Positions 58,242 through 58,341 of a DNA stretch of 58,341 nucleotides are shown piece by piece. Position numbers and translations under genes: made by a program. Numbering within the stretch: position 1 is the stretch's first letter; every line of letters begins with the position of its first letter. The notes below the pieces were generated by a model that had not been told where the DNA came from, did no database searches, and saw only the letters and a program-made list of their open reading frames with translations. Source of the stretch: Candidatus Moraniibacteriota bacterium (GTDB lineage Bacteria > Patescibacteriota > Minisyncoccia > Moranbacterales > UBA11712); assembly GCA_026396255.1 (NCBI GenBank), contig JAPLXD010000006.1, positions 1 to 58,341 on the forward strand. Direction: 5' to 3'.

Positions 58242-58341
58242 CAGACGCAAGTCAAAAGATGATTTCTGTAGTTCACAGGGGTCATCTTTTTTAAATTCCA
58301 CTGCTGTCTTTCTTGATTGTAGTATTTCACATATTCAGTGA
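58242..58341 (-). mobile_element. 3' end of an IS3-family transposase (OrfB) entering from the right edge (partial)
   Basis: The minus strand reads TEYVKYYNQERQQWNLKKMTPVNYRNHLLTCV*, the characteristic Y.NxER...L....P..YR tail of IS3/IS150-type integrase-fold transposases. A possible terminal repeat TGTACCCTCTGAAGTAGACAC starts near 58208. Confidence 0.6.

Overview
58.3-kb, gene-dense and mostly housekeeping chromosome segment of a small-genome bacterium. The minimal ThrRS and UvrC, GT39 and GT4 glycosyltransferases and many short membrane or hypothetical genes suggest a Candidate Phyla Radiation/Patescibacteria-like organism; this is inference only. Recognisable genes: miaB-thrS (minus strand), a SEDS protein, rplY, a HAD hydrolase, an orphan radical SAM/SPASM enzyme, an SLT_2-type lytic transglycosylase, a CAP-domain protein, murA, two mreB paralogues plus mreC-mreD-mrdA, two GT4 glycosyltransferases, holB, a BNR-repeat lipoprotein, frr, rseP, greA, lysS, serS, a class I/II aminotransferase, a truncated Mur-ligase-like protein, an FtsQ-like protein, a GT39 glycosyltransferase, DUF763, uvrB, uvrA, uvrC, DUF378, tRNA-Gln(UUG) and dnaX. 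There is also a block of a 1064-aa membrane protein, an SGNH hydrolase and a TraD/VirD4-like ATPase. Transposase C-terminal fragments sit at both window edges. Most unusual observations: (1) Several families of short palindromic or inverted-repeat elements and heptanucleotide tandem repeats occur, many inserted in frame in essential genes (miaB x5, thrS, lysS, aminotransferase, DUF763, uvrA, uvrB, uvrC, dnaX), some with compensatory substitutions that keep the hairpins. (2) A ~1.7-kb flavoprotein/DUF2769/cupredoxin islet lies between uvrB and uvrA and is bounded by a diverged duplicate of the uvrB 3' end. (3) A large membrane protein plus coupling-protein-like ATPase module has no other secretion or conjugation genes nearby. 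(4) An isolated radical SAM/SPASM maturase-like gene has its own promoter and terminator but no visible substrate gene. No rRNA, CRISPR array or intact IS was seen. All family assignments rest on motifs read by eye; no database search was possible.
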